The notes beneath the pieces are model-generated. The model saw only the letters and a program-made list of their open reading frames with translations, made no database searches and had not been told where the DNA came from. The position numbers and the translations under genes are program-made. Source: Chloroflexota bacterium (lineage in GTDB: Bacteria; Chloroflexota; UBA11872). Taken from it: a stretch of 64,000 bases of DNA. The stretch covers positions 1,722-65,721 of the forward strand of contig JAJDUU010000017.1 of assembly GCA_022826485.1 (NCBI GenBank), written 5' to 3'. Below, piece by piece: positions 1-9,938 of the stretch; within the stretch, counting starts at the first letter, position 1; each line of letters starts with the position of its first letter.

Positions 1-104
1 GCTTCCACCGGATCGTCGAAGAACACCGTCTCCCGTTTGAAGTCGCCCTGCACGAGTTGCACGCAGCGACCGCCCCGAATATCGACGGGGGGATAGACCT
101 CCAT
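1..104 (-). CDS. hisA: HisA (ProFAR isomerase), first 34 codons only; gene continues past the window start
   Basis: Reverse translation from ATG at 102-104 gives [34 protein letters not shown], which matches the HisA N-terminus pattern (P-x-ID-x-x-G-x-CV-x-L-x-QGD). The ATG overlaps the hisH stop as ATGA. Confidence 0.6.
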   Translation of the reverse strand, partial: MEVYPPVDIRGGRCVQLVQGDFKRETVFFDDPVE

Positions 105-739
105 CACGGACTGGCGTCGTCGCGCGGGTGGTGCTGCCCCGCCAGGCGGGCGAAGTTGGCATAGAGCCGCAGGCCCGCGGCGCCGCTCTTCTCCGGGTGG
201 AACTGCGTCGCAAAGACGTTGTCGCGGAGCAGTGCGCTGGTGAAAGTGACGCTGTAGTCGGTCGTCGCGGCCACGTGCGCCGCGCCGTCGACGGGGGCGT
301 GATACGAGTGCACGAAGTAGAAGTTGGCGTCCTGCGGGATGCCCGCGAACAGCGGCGACTCGACCTGCTGGCGGACCTGGTTCCAGCCCATGTGCGGCAC
401 GTGCTGGCTGGGCGGAAAGCGCACCACGCGGCCGGGCACCACGCCGAGGCAGGCGGTCCCCCCGTCCTCGTCGCTGGCCTCGTAGAGCACCTGGAGCCCC
501 ATGCAGATGCCCAGATAGGGCACGCCGGCGTCGATCGCGTCCAGGATCGCCGGGACGACGCCGGCGCGATCGAGTCCGCGCATCGTGTCCGCGGCGGCGC
601 CCACGCCGGGCAGGACCACGCCGGTGGCGTCCCCGATCTCCGACGCATCGTGGGTGACGGTGATCTCGGCGCCGACGTGCCGCAGCGCGCGCTCGACGCT
701 GTGGAGATTGCCGGCCCCGTAGTCGACGACCGCGATCAT
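104..739 (-). CDS. hisH: Imidazole glycerol phosphate synthase, glutamine amidotransferase subunit HisH
   Basis: [15 protein letters not shown] start, GICMGLQ catalytic Cys motif, FHPEKS near the C-terminus. ATGA overlap with the hisS stop. Confidence 0.9.
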   Translation of the reverse strand: MIAVVDYGAGNLHSVERALRHVGAEITVTHDASEIGDATGVVLPGVGAAADTMRGLDRAGVVPAILDAIDAGVPYLGICMGLQVLYEASDEDGGTACLGVVPGRVVRFPPSQHVPHMGWNQVRQQVESPLFAGIPQDANFYFVHSYHAPVDGAAHVAATTDYSVTFTSALLRDNVFATQFHPEKSGAAGLRLYANFARLAGQHHPRDDASP

Positions 740-2031
740 GCGTCGCTCGCGGTCACCGGACCGGCGAGCGCGGCCTGCGTGGACGGCACGACGGCATCGA
801 GCGCTACGTCGACCTGGTCGCCGCCGTCGAGGGGCTTCACGGATATGCGTCCGGCCTCGACCTCGCGGCGGCCGACGATCAGCGCCACCCGCGCGCCCGC
901 GGCGTTGGCGCGGCGCAGGTGGGAGCGCGGGCTCGCGGCGGCGTAGCCGGCCTCGGTGACGATGCCCGCCCGCCGCAAATCGGCAGCCACGGTGGTCACC
1001 ACACGCAGTGCTTCGTCGGCCAGGGGCGCGACGTATACCTCGGGCGGCGGCGGCGGCGCTTCCTCGAGCCCGACGCGCCGGCGATTGAGCAAGATTCGCT
1101 CGATGCCGCTGCCAAACCCGACGCCCGGCAGATGCGGGCCGCCGAGCGCCTCGGCCAGATAGTCGTAGCGCCCACCGCCGCCGACCGTGCCCTGGGCGCC
1201 GCTGTCCGGCGGCACGATCTCGAAGACCGTGCGGTTGTAGTAGTCCAGGCCGCGGACCAGCCGGTGGTCCGGGGTGCAGGGAATGTCCAGCGCACCGAGC
1301 AGGTCGCGCAGCGTGTCGAAGTGCCGGCGCGCGGCGTCGCCCACGTAGTCAAGGGAACGCGGGGCATCGGCGCTGACGCGCGCGCACGTCCGCTTCTTGC
1401 AATCGACCAGCCGCAGCGGGTTTTGTGTCAGCCGCATCTGGCAATCGGCGCACAGCTTGTCCGCGTGGGGGGTGAAGAAGTCCACCAGGGCGGCGCGGTA
1501 TTCGGGCCGCGACTCGGGGTCGCCAAGCGAGTTGACGTGCAGCGCCAGGTCCGTGACCCCGAGGGCCTGGAGCGTGCTCCAGAGCAGATCGATCACCTCG
1601 GCGTCCACCGCGGGGCTGGGGTCGCCCAGCGCTTCCGCGCCGATCTGGTGGTGCTCGCGCAACCGGCCCGCCTGCGGTCGGTCGTAGCGAAACACCGGCA
1701 GCACGTAGTAGAGCTTCACCGGCTGCGGCAGCACGTGCATGCCGTGCTGCTGGTAGGCGCGGACGACGGAGGGGGTGCCCTCGGGCCGCAGGGTGACCGA
1801 ATCGCCCCCGCGGTCGTCGAAGGTATACATCTCGTTCTGCACGATGTCGGTCGTGGAGCCGGTGCCCTTGTCGAACAGCTCGGTGGTCTCGAAGGTCGGC
1901 GTGCTGATGGGCTGGAAGTTGCGCAGCCGGCACTCGCGCGCGAACGTTTGCCGCACGTCTTCCCACGCAGGCGCATCGGCGGGCAGGCGGTCGGCCGTGC
2001 CGCGCGGCCGCCGGAGACCCGAGCTAGGCAC
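736..2031 (-). CDS. hisS: Histidine--tRNA ligase
   Basis: PRGTADRLP (class II HisRS motif region), [29 protein letters not shown]. 431 aa. Confidence 0.92.
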   Translation of the reverse strand: MPSSGLRRPRGTADRLPADAPAWEDVRQTFARECRLRNFQPISTPTFETTELFDKGTGSTTDIVQNEMYTFDDRGGDSVTLRPEGTPSVVRAYQQHGMHVLPQPVKLYYVLPVFRYDRPQAGRLREHHQIGAEALGDPSPAVDAEVIDLLWSTLQALGVTDLALHVNSLGDPESRPEYRAALVDFFTPHADKLCADCQMRLTQNPLRLVDCKKRTCARVSADAPRSLDYVGDAARRHFDTLRDLLGALDIPCTPDHRLVRGLDYYNRTVFEIVPPDSGAQGTVGGGGRYDYLAEALGGPHLPGVGFGSGIERILLNRRRVGLEEAPPPPPEVYVAPLADEALRVVTTVAADLRRAGIVTEAGYAAASPRSHLRRANAAGARVALIVGRREVEAGRISVKPLDGGDQVDVALDAVVPSTQAALAGPVTASDA

Positions 2032-2110
2032 GGGCGTCGGGCATTGGCGACGGCGCGCTCATCGGAGCTGCGCCCGCGGCGCGAGGCTGCACGCTAGACA
2101 TGGCACTCCG

Positions 2111-2371
2111 CTATTGCAGCGCGAGCGCCACGATCAACCGCCACACGATCTGAATCACCACGATTGCAATCAGCGGTGACAGGTCGATCATCCAGGACGA
2201 GGGCAATCGATTGCGGATCGGAGCGAGAATCGGCTCGGTGACGTCGATGAGCAGACGCATCAGCGGGTGGCTGGGATCCTGCACGAACCAGGACAGCAGC
2301 GCGCGACCGACGATCGCGAACACCAGGATCGTGACCAGGATGTCGAGAAGGCCGATGAGACCGGTCAGCAT
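2111..2371 (-). CDS. yggT: YggT (YlmG) family small membrane protein
   Basis: 86 aa with two hydrophobic helices, sitting in the typical position downstream of ftsZ-yggS. Overlaps the yggS end by 7 nt. Confidence 0.75.
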   Translation of the reverse strand: MLTGLIGLLDILVTILVFAIVGRALLSWFVQDPSHPLMRLLIDVTEPILAPIRNRLPSSWMIDLSPLIAIVVIQIVWRLIVALALQ

Positions 2372-3111
2372 GGCGAGTCCATTGGTGGCGGCGCGGGCAC
2401 GGCGCTCGCAGCCGTCGGGCGACTGCCAAAGATAGCCCGTCCCACGCGAACCATTGTCGAGCCCTCGGCAATCGCCGCGCCGAAATCATCCGTCATGCCC
2501 ATGGACAGCTCCGTCAGCGGCTGATTGGGGAGCTTCGGGCGCAGCGCGTCGCGCACCTCGCGCAGCTCGCGAAAGCACGCGCGGAGGGCGGCGAGGTCGC
2601 CTCCCAGCGGACCGATGGTCATCAGGCCTCGCAGCGTCAGGTCCGTCTCGCGGTCGATGATCTCGCACAGCCGTCCGAGGTCTGCCGGCGCTACGCCCTC
2701 CTGGGTGGACGCGCCGGTGAGGTTCACCTGGGCCAACACGTCCACGGGCCGCGTCTCGCGCACCGCGTCCAACCGGCGCGCCAGTCGCAAGGAGTCGACG
2801 CTTTGGATGCAGCCGAAGCGTTGCACCGCCGTCCGCGCCTTGTTGCGCTGCAAATGCCCGATGAGATGCCATGTGCCGCCGCCGACCTGGGGAATCTTCG
2901 CATCGGCCTCCTGGACCCGGTTTTCACCAAACGTCGTGAGGCCGGCGGCCAGCGCCTCGCGCACCACCTCGGGCGGCACGGTCTTGGTCACCGCCACCAG
3001 CTCAACGGTATCCGGCGAGCGGCCGACCGCGGCGCAGGCCGCCGCGATCTCCTCGCGCACCGCCGCAATGCGCAGGCGTAAGCCTTCTTCGACCGTGGAC
3101 GCACTCTGCAT
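2365..3111 (-). CDS. yggS: YggS/YlmE family pyridoxal-phosphate homeostasis protein
   Basis: VAVTKTVP (PLP lysine region), FGENRVQE, HLIGHLQRNK, MGMTDDF. Conserved position after ftsZ. Confidence 0.85.
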   Translation of the reverse strand: MQSASTVEEGLRLRIAAVREEIAAACAAVGRSPDTVELVAVTKTVPPEVVREALAAGLTTFGENRVQEADAKIPQVGGGTWHLIGHLQRNKARTAVQRFGCIQSVDSLRLARRLDAVRETRPVDVLAQVNLTGASTQEGVAPADLGRLCEIIDRETDLTLRGLMTIGPLGGDLAALRACFRELREVRDALRPKLPNQPLTELSMGMTDDFGAAIAEGSTMVRVGRAIFGSRPTAASAVPAPPPMDSPC

Positions 3112-3166
3112 CCCGCCATTCTAGGCGCGGACGGGCGTTTGCGACGGTTGGCGGCCGGTCGTTCGA

Positions 3167-4318
3167 CTACCCCGCGGACTTGCGCCGCAGGAATGCCGGG
3201 ATCTCGATCTCGGGCGTGTCGTCGCGACCGGGCGAGAAGTCGAGCTCGCGCACCCGCGGCGTGGACGGCGTTCGGGTGCGGGTCCGTGCGGCCGGGCGCA
3301 CTTCCTTGCGCTCGAGCTGGAAGCCCGTGGCGATCACCGTCACGTGCATCCGGCCTTCGAGCGCCTCGTCGACCACGGTGCCGAAGATGATGTTGGCATT
3401 CGGGTCGGCCGTCTTGGCCACGATTTCCGCCGCCTCGTTCACCTCGTAGAGCGTCATGTCCGTGCCGCCGGTGAAGTTCAAGAGCACGCCGCGCGCACCG
3501 TCCATCGAGGTGTCGAGCAGCGGGCTGTTGAGGGCCTGCGTGATGGCGTCGGTGGCGCGGGTTTCGCCCTGGCCCTCGCCCATGGCCATCAGCGCGGTCC
3601 CGGCATCGGTCATGACGGCCCGCACGTCGTTGAAGTCCAGGTTGATGAGCCCGGGCATGGTGATGAGGTCCGACACGCCCTGGATGGCCTGCCGCAGCAC
3701 GTCGTCGGCCAGCGCGAAGGCCTCGCTGATCGTGGACTTGGCGTCGGCCACGTTCAGCAGCCGGTCGTTGGGGATCACCACCAGCGTGTCGACGCGCTCG
3801 CCGAGGTCTTGGATTCCGTCGTCGGCCACACGCGCGCGCGCCGTGCCCTCGAACGCGAACGGCCGCGTGACCACGCCCACGGTCAGCGCGTCGCTTTCCT
3901 GCGCGATATCGGCCACGACCGGGGCGCCGCCAGTGCCGGTGCCGCCGCCCATGCCGGCGGCGATGAAGATCATGTCGGCCCCTTCGAGCGACTGGCGCAG
4001 GTCTTCGGCCGACTCCTCGGCGGCCTTGTGACCCATCACCGGGTTCCCGCCCGACCCGAGACCGCGAGTGGCCTTTTCGCCGATGTGCACGCGCGCGGAG
4101 GCCTGTGAGCGCATGAGCGCCTGCGCGTCGGTGTTGACGGTGATGAATTCGACGCCGCTGACGTCGACGTCGATCATCCGGTCGACGGCGTTGCTGCCGC
4201 CGCCGCCCACGCCGACCACCTTGATGGTGGCGGACTGTTCGCTAGGCGCCGAGGCCGCCGGGCGCCGCGGCGTCGTGAGGCGTGTAATGCGTCCCGTGCT
4301 GCCGGTATCGTCGTTCAT
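3167..4318 (-). CDS. ftsZ: Cell division GTPase FtsZ
   Basis: KVVGVGGGGSNAV, GMGGGTGTGGAPV tubulin signature, C-terminal EIPAFLRR peptide. Confidence 0.97.
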   Translation of the reverse strand: MNDDTGSTGRITRLTTPRRPAASAPSEQSATIKVVGVGGGGSNAVDRMIDVDVSGVEFITVNTDAQALMRSQASARVHIGEKATRGLGSGGNPVMGHKAAEESAEDLRQSLEGADMIFIAAGMGGGTGTGGAPVVADIAQESDALTVGVVTRPFAFEGTARARVADDGIQDLGERVDTLVVIPNDRLLNVADAKSTISEAFALADDVLRQAIQGVSDLITMPGLINLDFNDVRAVMTDAGTALMAMGEGQGETRATDAITQALNSPLLDTSMDGARGVLLNFTGGTDMTLYEVNEAAEIVAKTADPNANIIFGTVVDEALEGRMHVTVIATGFQLERKEVRPAARTRTRTPSTPRVRELDFSPGRDDTPEIEIPAFLRRKSAG

Positions 4319-4426
4319 GTCTTGGTCCCCTGTCGCCGGAGTCCAGCGCTGGCGGACGTCTTTCGGTCAGCTCGCGCGCTCGGCCACTCATTATGCACAA
4401 GAGTAAAGCGTCTGTGGGACATTTCG

Positions 4427-5677
4427 TCAGGCTGCGGCGGGCGAGGCCAGGCCGCGGAGCCAGGCGCCGAGGCTGGTGAGCACGCCGCCCGGCCGCCGCA
4501 CGGGACGCTGGTCCAGCCAGCCGTGGTCCGAAGGCGGGGCGGCGCCCATGAGGGTCAGACCGATCGCGGTGCTGAACTGCGGCTCGCGCATGCCCTCGTC
4601 CAGACCCCAGAGCGCCTGCGGCCGACCCAGCGCCACGGGAAGCTCCAGGATGTCGGATGCCTTGGCCGCGAGTCCCGGGATCAGCGACCCTCCGCCTGTC
4701 AGGACGACGCCGGCGGTGAGCACGTCGTAGTACCCGCTGCGCACGATTTCGTCCTTCACGTGCGTAAAGATCTCCTCCATGCGCGCGTCGATCACCTGGG
4801 CCAGGTCGCGGCGGCGAACCGCGACCGGCGCGCCGTAGTCAAAGCCCGGCACCTCGACGGACGACTCGTCGGCATCGACATAGGGATCGGCGCGGCCGTG
4901 TTGAATCTTGAGGGCCTCGGCCACCCGCACCGGCAGCCGCAAGCCGCGTGCGATATCCGAAGTCACGAGAGCCCCGCCCATGGGCAGCACGGCAATGTGC
5001 CAGCAGGCGTCGCCCACGTAGATGGCCACATCCGTCGTGCCGCCGCCGATGTCCACCACCGCCGCGCCCTCGCGCCGCTGGTCTTCCGTGAGACACGACG
5101 CGGCCGACGCCAGCGGCTGCAAGACCCGGTCCCGAATCTCGCACCCGGCTCCCGACACGCAACGCTCGAGATTGGTCATGGCGTTGGTGGCGCCCGTCAC
5201 CACGTGCGCCTCGACCTTCAGGCAGCGACCGGTGAGGCCGCGCGGATCCAGCACGTCGGTTAGATGGTCGACGCTGAAGGTCTTGGGAATGACAGCGGCA
5301 ATCTCGCGCTCGGCGGGCAGGGAGATAGCCGCCGCGCTCCGCACGATGGTGTTCATGTGCCGCGGCCGCACCGTCGGATCGTCGGCGCCAAGCCGCAGCT
5401 CGGCATGCTGGCTGTGGGACTGCAAATGCCCCCCGGCGATCCCGGCCACCACGCGCCGTACCCGCGTCTGCGACGCCTCCTCGGCGCGCATCACGGCGTC
5501 GTCAATAGCCTTGATCGTCTGCACGATGTCAACCACCTGGCCACCCTTGAGGCCGAGCGACGGCGCCGTGCCGATGCCCAAGACATGCAGCCGCGCGTCC
5601 TGATATTCCTGACCGACGACCACACACGTCTTGGTCGTTCCCACGTCCAACCCGACGACCGTTCGATTGCGTCCCAA
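4427..5677 (-). CDS. ftsA: Cell division protein FtsA
   Basis: VVGLDVGTTKTCVVVG actin-fold phosphate-1 motif, VVDIGGGTTDVAIY phosphate-2 motif. Position between ftsQ and ftsZ. Confidence 0.92.
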   Translation of the reverse strand: MGRNRTVVGLDVGTTKTCVVVGQEYQDARLHVLGIGTAPSLGLKGGQVVDIVQTIKAIDDAVMRAEEASQTRVRRVVAGIAGGHLQSHSQHAELRLGADDPTVRPRHMNTIVRSAAAISLPAEREIAAVIPKTFSVDHLTDVLDPRGLTGRCLKVEAHVVTGATNAMTNLERCVSGAGCEIRDRVLQPLASAASCLTEDQRREGAAVVDIGGGTTDVAIYVGDACWHIAVLPMGGALVTSDIARGLRLPVRVAEALKIQHGRADPYVDADESSVEVPGFDYGAPVAVRRRDLAQVIDARMEEIFTHVKDEIVRSGYYDVLTAGVVLTGGGSLIPGLAAKASDILELPVALGRPQALWGLDEGMREPQFSTAIGLTLMGAAPPSDHGWLDQRPVRRPGGVLTSLGAWLRGLASPAAA

Positions 5678-5738
5678 CGTCTGCTCCTCCAGTGCCTCCC
5701 GGATGTCTGCTGACTCAGTCCAACCCGCGCGCGCTATC

Positions 5739-6506
5739 TCACGGAGAGTCCCCGATCGTGCTGATCAGCGGCGGGGCGTTGGAGGTGCGATAGGTCGGGC
5801 GGTCCACCGGGCGCAGGTCCACGGACGCGATGCGCTCGCCGCGGCGGGTGGCGCGTTCGAGCACCGCCTGCAGCGCCACCAGCTTCGGCTCGAGCTGGTC
5901 AATGCTCCCAAAGCGCAGCTCACGGCCGGAGTGGTCGATCACCGTGAGGTTGCCGGCGGCGTACTGAATCCGGTTGGGAAACACGCGCAGCAACGGCAGG
6001 TTGCTCTGCAGCTGGTAGGCGGCCAGCAAGGCGGGCAGATTGACATGCTCGCCGGGGACAGCCTCGCGCACGGCGGTGTCCTCGATCGTCAATTCGAGAT
6101 CGGGCCGGTAGCGCGCCGCCAGGATCTGGCCGTCGGCGTCGACCAGGTAGCTCTGGCCGCCGATGATCCAGTTGGCCACCGGCGCGTCGTAGGCAATCGT
6201 CACCGTGAGATGGCCGTCCACGGAGACGTCCACCAGCGCATCGGCCACGCCCGGGATCTCCTGCAGCTCTTCCCGGATGGCGGCGGTATCGACGCGAAAC
6301 ACGCTGGCTCCCACGAACTGGCCGACAAACGACTCGATCCGTTCCGCGCTCACCACCGGCGGCGGCGACGACGCCGCCCGGTGCACGGTGATGTTGCGCA
6401 CCTTCATCACGGGCGAGGTGAGCATCCACACCAGCAGGATGGTGGCCAGGCCGGCGATGACCAGCGAGAGCAGGTGGAGGTGCCAAATGCGGGGTTCCGT
6501 GGTCAT
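5739..6506 (-). CDS. ftsQ: Cell division protein FtsQ/DivIB (POTRA domain)
   Basis: N-terminal TM helix followed by a POTRA-like segment VRNITVHR...FRVDTAAIREELQEIPGVADALVDV. ATGA overlap with the murB stop. Confidence 0.75.
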   Translation of the reverse strand: MTTEPRIWHLHLLSLVIAGLATILLVWMLTSPVMKVRNITVHRAASSPPPVVSAERIESFVGQFVGASVFRVDTAAIREELQEIPGVADALVDVSVDGHLTVTIAYDAPVANWIIGGQSYLVDADGQILAARYRPDLELTIEDTAVREAVPGEHVNLPALLAAYQLQSNLPLLRVFPNRIQYAAGNLTVIDHSGRELRFGSIDQLEPKLVALQAVLERATRRGERIASVDLRPVDRPTYRTSNAPPLISTIGDSP

Positions 6507-7426
6507 GCCGTCAGCTCCCAGGCGGCGGTCTCCCAGCGGCCGAGCAGGCGCACTTCCGGCTCCAGGCGAATCCCGTGCCGTTGCTGCACGATGGTCTGCA
6601 CGTGCCGCGCCAGCGACAAGACGTCCGCCGCCGTGGCGGTGCCGTCGTTGCTGATGAAGTTGGCGTGCAGCGGCGAGACGAACGCCCCGCCGCGGGCGCA
6701 GCCCTTCAGTCCCGCGGACTCGATGAGCCGCCCCGCGTAGTCGCCGCTCGGATTCTTGAAGAACGAGCCGGCGTTCTGTCCGCGCGGCTGGGTATCCAGC
6801 CGGCGGCGCGCAAACGTCTGCAACTGCGCTTCCAGCTCAGCGGGGTCGCCGGGCTCGATGCGGAGCGCCGCGGTGAGCACAACCGGTGTTTCGGGATCGT
6901 TCTGCAGGGCGCTGTGGCGATAGGCGAACGCCAGATCGTCCGGGCCGAGCCGCCGCACACCGTCGGGATACCAGACCTGGGCCGATTCCAGGACCGCTGC
7001 GATGTCACTGCCCCAGGCGCCGGCGTTGCCGAAGACGGCGCCGCCAACGGTGCCGGGCACCCCGATCGCGAACCCGAGACCGGCGTGCCCGCCGGCGGCG
7101 GCCTGCCGGGCGAGCCGCGCCATCGTGTGTCCTGATTCGACCTGGGCCAAACCGCCCGCCGGGTCGAACGTCAGTCCGACGCAGCTGTTGGCCAGCACCA
7201 GCCCCTCGATACCCGCGTCGGCCACCAGCAGGTTCGTGCCGTGTCCCACGACCGTGCGCGGCGTCCCGGCCGCCTCGGCGGCGTCGAGCACCGCGACCAG
7301 ATCGTCCACGGCGTGCACGTCGACCCATAGGTCCGCCGGACCGCCGACGCCAAAGGTGGAGTGCCGCGCCAGCGGTTCACGCTGGCGCACGTCCAGGTGC
7401 TCCGGGAGTGACAGCGTGGCGCTCAT
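6503..7426 (-). CDS. murB: UDP-N-acetylenolpyruvoylglucosamine reductase MurB. I take the start at the internal ATG, not at the 477-aa ORF start.
   Basis: MSATLSLPEHLDVRQREPLARHSTFGVGGPADLW is a normal MurB N-terminus. Its ATG (7424-7426) forms an ATGA overlap with the murC stop. The upstream 170 codons are Arg/Pro-rich off-frame murC sequence. Confidence 0.88.
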   Translation of the reverse strand: MSATLSLPEHLDVRQREPLARHSTFGVGGPADLWVDVHAVDDLVAVLDAAEAAGTPRTVVGHGTNLLVADAGIEGLVLANSCVGLTFDPAGGLAQVESGHTMARLARQAAAGGHAGLGFAIGVPGTVGGAVFGNAGAWGSDIAAVLESAQVWYPDGVRRLGPDDLAFAYRHSALQNDPETPVVLTAALRIEPGDPAELEAQLQTFARRRLDTQPRGQNAGSFFKNPSGDYAGRLIESAGLKGCARGGAFVSPLHANFISNDGTATAADVLSLARHVQTIVQQRHGIRLEPEVRLLGRWETAAWELTA

Positions 7427-8817
7427 GCCGCGGCTCGTGCGCAGACCCACGCGCCGATGCGGTCGGCCAGCGGGGTCACGGAGTCGGGACCCATAACCAG
7501 GATGACGTCGCCCACGGCCGCCTCGGCGGCGACCAGGTCGGCAATGGCGTCGAACGAGGGGAGGAAGCGTGCGTCGGGATGTCGCACGCGGGCGGCCAAG
7601 AGCGATGAGCTGGCGCTGACGCCGCGTTCGCGTCCGGGCGGTGAGTAGATCTCGGCGAAGGTCACGCGGTCGGCGTCTGCAAAGGCATCGACGAAGTCGT
7701 CCAGCAGGTCGAGCGTTCGGCTGCGCAGCAGCGGCTGATAGATCGCCCAGAGTCGCCGGTGAGTGAACTCGCGCGCGGCCTGGATGGTGACGCGCACGGC
7801 GGTGGGATGGTGGGCGTAGTCCTCCAGCACGCGCACGCCGCCACCGCAGGCGCGCAGCTGCAAGCGCCGCTCCACACCGGCGAACGACTCGAGAGCGCGC
7901 GCGGCGTCGGGCAGGGGTACTCCGGCCAGTGTGCAAGCCATCAGCGCCGCCAGCGCGTTCCAGGCGTTGTGCCGCCCGCGCAGCGGCAGGCGGCAGACCA
8001 ACGGTCCGTGCGGCGTGCGGAACTCAACCGTGCTCCCGTCGGAGTCCGCCGAATAGGCCTCCAGGTCCCAGGCTTTGCCCGGGCCGAACCACTCCGCCGA
8101 CGCGGGCGCGGCGTCCGCGACCTGTCGCAGATGCGCCACGTCGCCGCGGACGATCAGTCGGGCGTCGGCGGGCAGCCCGGCGGCAAACGCGGCGAACGTC
8201 TCCACCATGCGCGCCTCGGTGCCAAAGTAGTCCAGGTGATCGCGCTCGAGATTGGTGATGACGGCAATGTCGGGCCGATAGGCGAGAAACGCCGAGTCGA
8301 ACTCATCGGCCTCCACGACCATCCAGCTGTCACGCCGATAGCGGCCGTTGGCGTGATCGAGCGATGGGCTGGCGGCGCCCAGCAGGAAGCTGGGATCGCG
8401 ACCGGTCGCCCGCAGCACGGCCGCGATCATGGCGCTGGTGGTGGATTTGCCATGCGTGCCGGCGACGGCGATGCCGCGGGAGGCGTTGAACAGCTCGGCG
8501 ATGATTGCCGCGCGCGAGGCCACGACGACGCCGCGGCTTCGGGCTTCGACGAGCTCCACGTTGTCGGCGGGAACGGCGGCGGAGTGCACCACCAGGTCCG
8601 CCGCGCGCACATTGGCGGCGTCGTGGCCGTGCTGGATATGAGCGCCGCGCGAGGCGAGACGCTCGGTGCCGGGGGTCAGGCGCAGGTCGCTGCCGCTGAC
8701 CGTCAGGTCAAGATCGAGCAGCCCCGCCGCGATGCCGGACATGCCCGCGCCGGCAATCCCCACGATATGCACGCGGCTCACCCCGGCGCCCAGCATCCGG
8801 TCGGTCGTGGCGCTCAT
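7423..8817 (-). CDS. murC: UDP-N-acetylmuramate--L-alanine ligase MurC (start at internal ATG)
   Basis: VHIVGIAGAGMSGIA nucleotide-binding motif, GTHGKSTT P-loop, DYAHHP. ATG at 8815-8817 makes an ATGA overlap with the murG stop. Confidence 0.9.
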   Translation of the reverse strand: MSATTDRMLGAGVSRVHIVGIAGAGMSGIAAGLLDLDLTVSGSDLRLTPGTERLASRGAHIQHGHDAANVRAADLVVHSAAVPADNVELVEARSRGVVVASRAAIIAELFNASRGIAVAGTHGKSTTSAMIAAVLRATGRDPSFLLGAASPSLDHANGRYRRDSWMVVEADEFDSAFLAYRPDIAVITNLERDHLDYFGTEARMVETFAAFAAGLPADARLIVRGDVAHLRQVADAAPASAEWFGPGKAWDLEAYSADSDGSTVEFRTPHGPLVCRLPLRGRHNAWNALAALMACTLAGVPLPDAARALESFAGVERRLQLRACGGGVRVLEDYAHHPTAVRVTIQAAREFTHRRLWAIYQPLLRSRTLDLLDDFVDAFADADRVTFAEIYSPPGRERGVSASSSLLAARVRHPDARFLPSFDAIADLVAAEAAVGDVILVMGPDSVTPLADRIGAWVCARAAA

Positions 8818-9938
8818 GCGGGCGCCGCCTGCCAGGTCGGGTCGGCAAGCCCGATGGCGAGTCGGGCCACGGCGTCCGCGGCCTGCGGCCGTCCCCGAGC
8901 GGCGGCCGCCTGGCGCATGTGCGCGAGGCGTGGACCGTCCGCGAGCAGGCCCAGGATCGCGTCGCCGAGCGCGCCTCGCGTCAGCTCGTCTTCGAGCAGC
9001 ACGACCGCCGCGCCGGTCTCGGCGACGGCGTTGGCCGTGGCGATCTGGTGTCCGGCGCCAAAAGCGCCCGGCGCGATCACGGCGGGCGTGCCAACGGCGC
9101 CGAGTTCCGCCACCGACGTCGCGCCCGAGCGCGTCACGATCAGGTCGGCGCCCGCCATGAGGTCGGCGAAGCCGTCCCTGATGAACGCATGGACGTGATA
9201 GCGCGCGCGCACTTCGGCGGGAAGGCTCTCGCGCGCGGACTCGATCCACTCGAAGTCGCGGGGTCCTGTGACATGCACGATCACGGCGCGCTCGACCAGC
9301 CGGGCGAGGTCCCGCGCGACGGCGGCATTGATGGCATGCGCTCCCTGGCTGCCGCCCACGACCAGCACCATCGCCTCGCCCGAGCTCACGCCCACCGCGG
9401 CCCGGCCGGCGTCGCGATCGGGGCCGGCAAACGCCTCGCGCAGGGGATATCCCGTGAACTCGACCCGCGTGCCGCGAAGCTGGCGTACGGCCTCGGGAAA
9501 CGACACCGTGGCGACGGTGGCCAGCGGGGCGAGCGCCTTGGTGGCCCACCCCAGTTGGGCGTCGCCGGAGAAGATCAGGCGTGGAATCCTGCGCAGCCAC
9601 CCGGCCAGCATGACCGGAACGCTGACATAGCCCCCGCTGAGGACGATGGCGTCGGGCGGTCGACGCCCAAGGTCGCGCCACACGGCAAGCGTCGAAATGA
9701 GCAGGCGCCAGAGCCGCGCCGGAAGCCGCGCGTACCCCACGCCCACGATGCCGCGAACGTGGATCGGAAAGAGATCGAACTCCACGCCGCGATACAGCTC
9801 GCGATCGAGCTCGCGTGCCCCGGAGACGATGGTGAGATCCACCGTGTCGGCGCCGAGCAACTCGCGCAGACGGCGCGCCACGGCAAGGGTCGGAAAGATA
9901 TGTCCGGCGGTGCCGCCGCCGGCCAGCACGATTCTCAT
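8814..9938 (-). CDS. murG: Lipid II synthase MurG (UDP-GlcNAc transferase)
   Basis: MRIVLAGGGTAGHIFP N-terminus, a C-terminal G-loop region, 374 aa. ATGA overlap with the ftsW stop. Confidence 0.9.
   Translation of the reverse strand: MRIVLAGGGTAGHIFPTLAVARRLRELLGADTVDLTIVSGARELDRELYRGVEFDLFPIHVRGIVGVGYARLPARLWRLLISTLAVWRDLGRRPPDAIVLSGGYVSVPVMLAGWLRRIPRLIFSGDAQLGWATKALAPLATVATVSFPEAVRQLRGTRVEFTGYPLREAFAGPDRDAGRAAVGVSSGEAMVLVVGGSQGAHAINAAVARDLARLVERAVIVHVTGPRDFEWIESARESLPAEVRARYHVHAFIRDGFADLMAGADLIVTRSGATSVAELGAVGTPAVIAPGAFGAGHQIATANAVAETGAAVVLLEDELTRGALGDAILGLLADGPRLAHMRQAAAARGRPQAADAVARLAIGLADPTWQAAPA

Noticed and set aside
919-2097. 392-aa plus-strand ORF antisense to hisS, together with many shorter overlapping ORFs between 128 and 2179
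   Set aside because: Composition is Arg/Ala/Gly/Pro-dominated, as expected for off-frame translation of very GC-rich DNA. The opposite strand encodes an unmistakable HisRS.
4390-4420. AT-rich patch in the ftsA-ftsZ spacer containing CATAAT on the ftsZ strand, considered as a possible ftsZ promoter
   Set aside because: No acceptable -35 at 16-18 bp spacing. TTTACT is only 6 nt away, and CCCACA sits at the correct distance. The evidence is insufficient to call a promoter from sequence alone.
7427-7936. N-terminal 170-codon extension of the murB ORF; likewise 8818-9681 for murC
   Set aside because: The extensions are Arg/Pro-rich and lie inside the upstream genes (murC and murG) in another frame. 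Internal ATGs give canonical N-termini and ATGA coupling.
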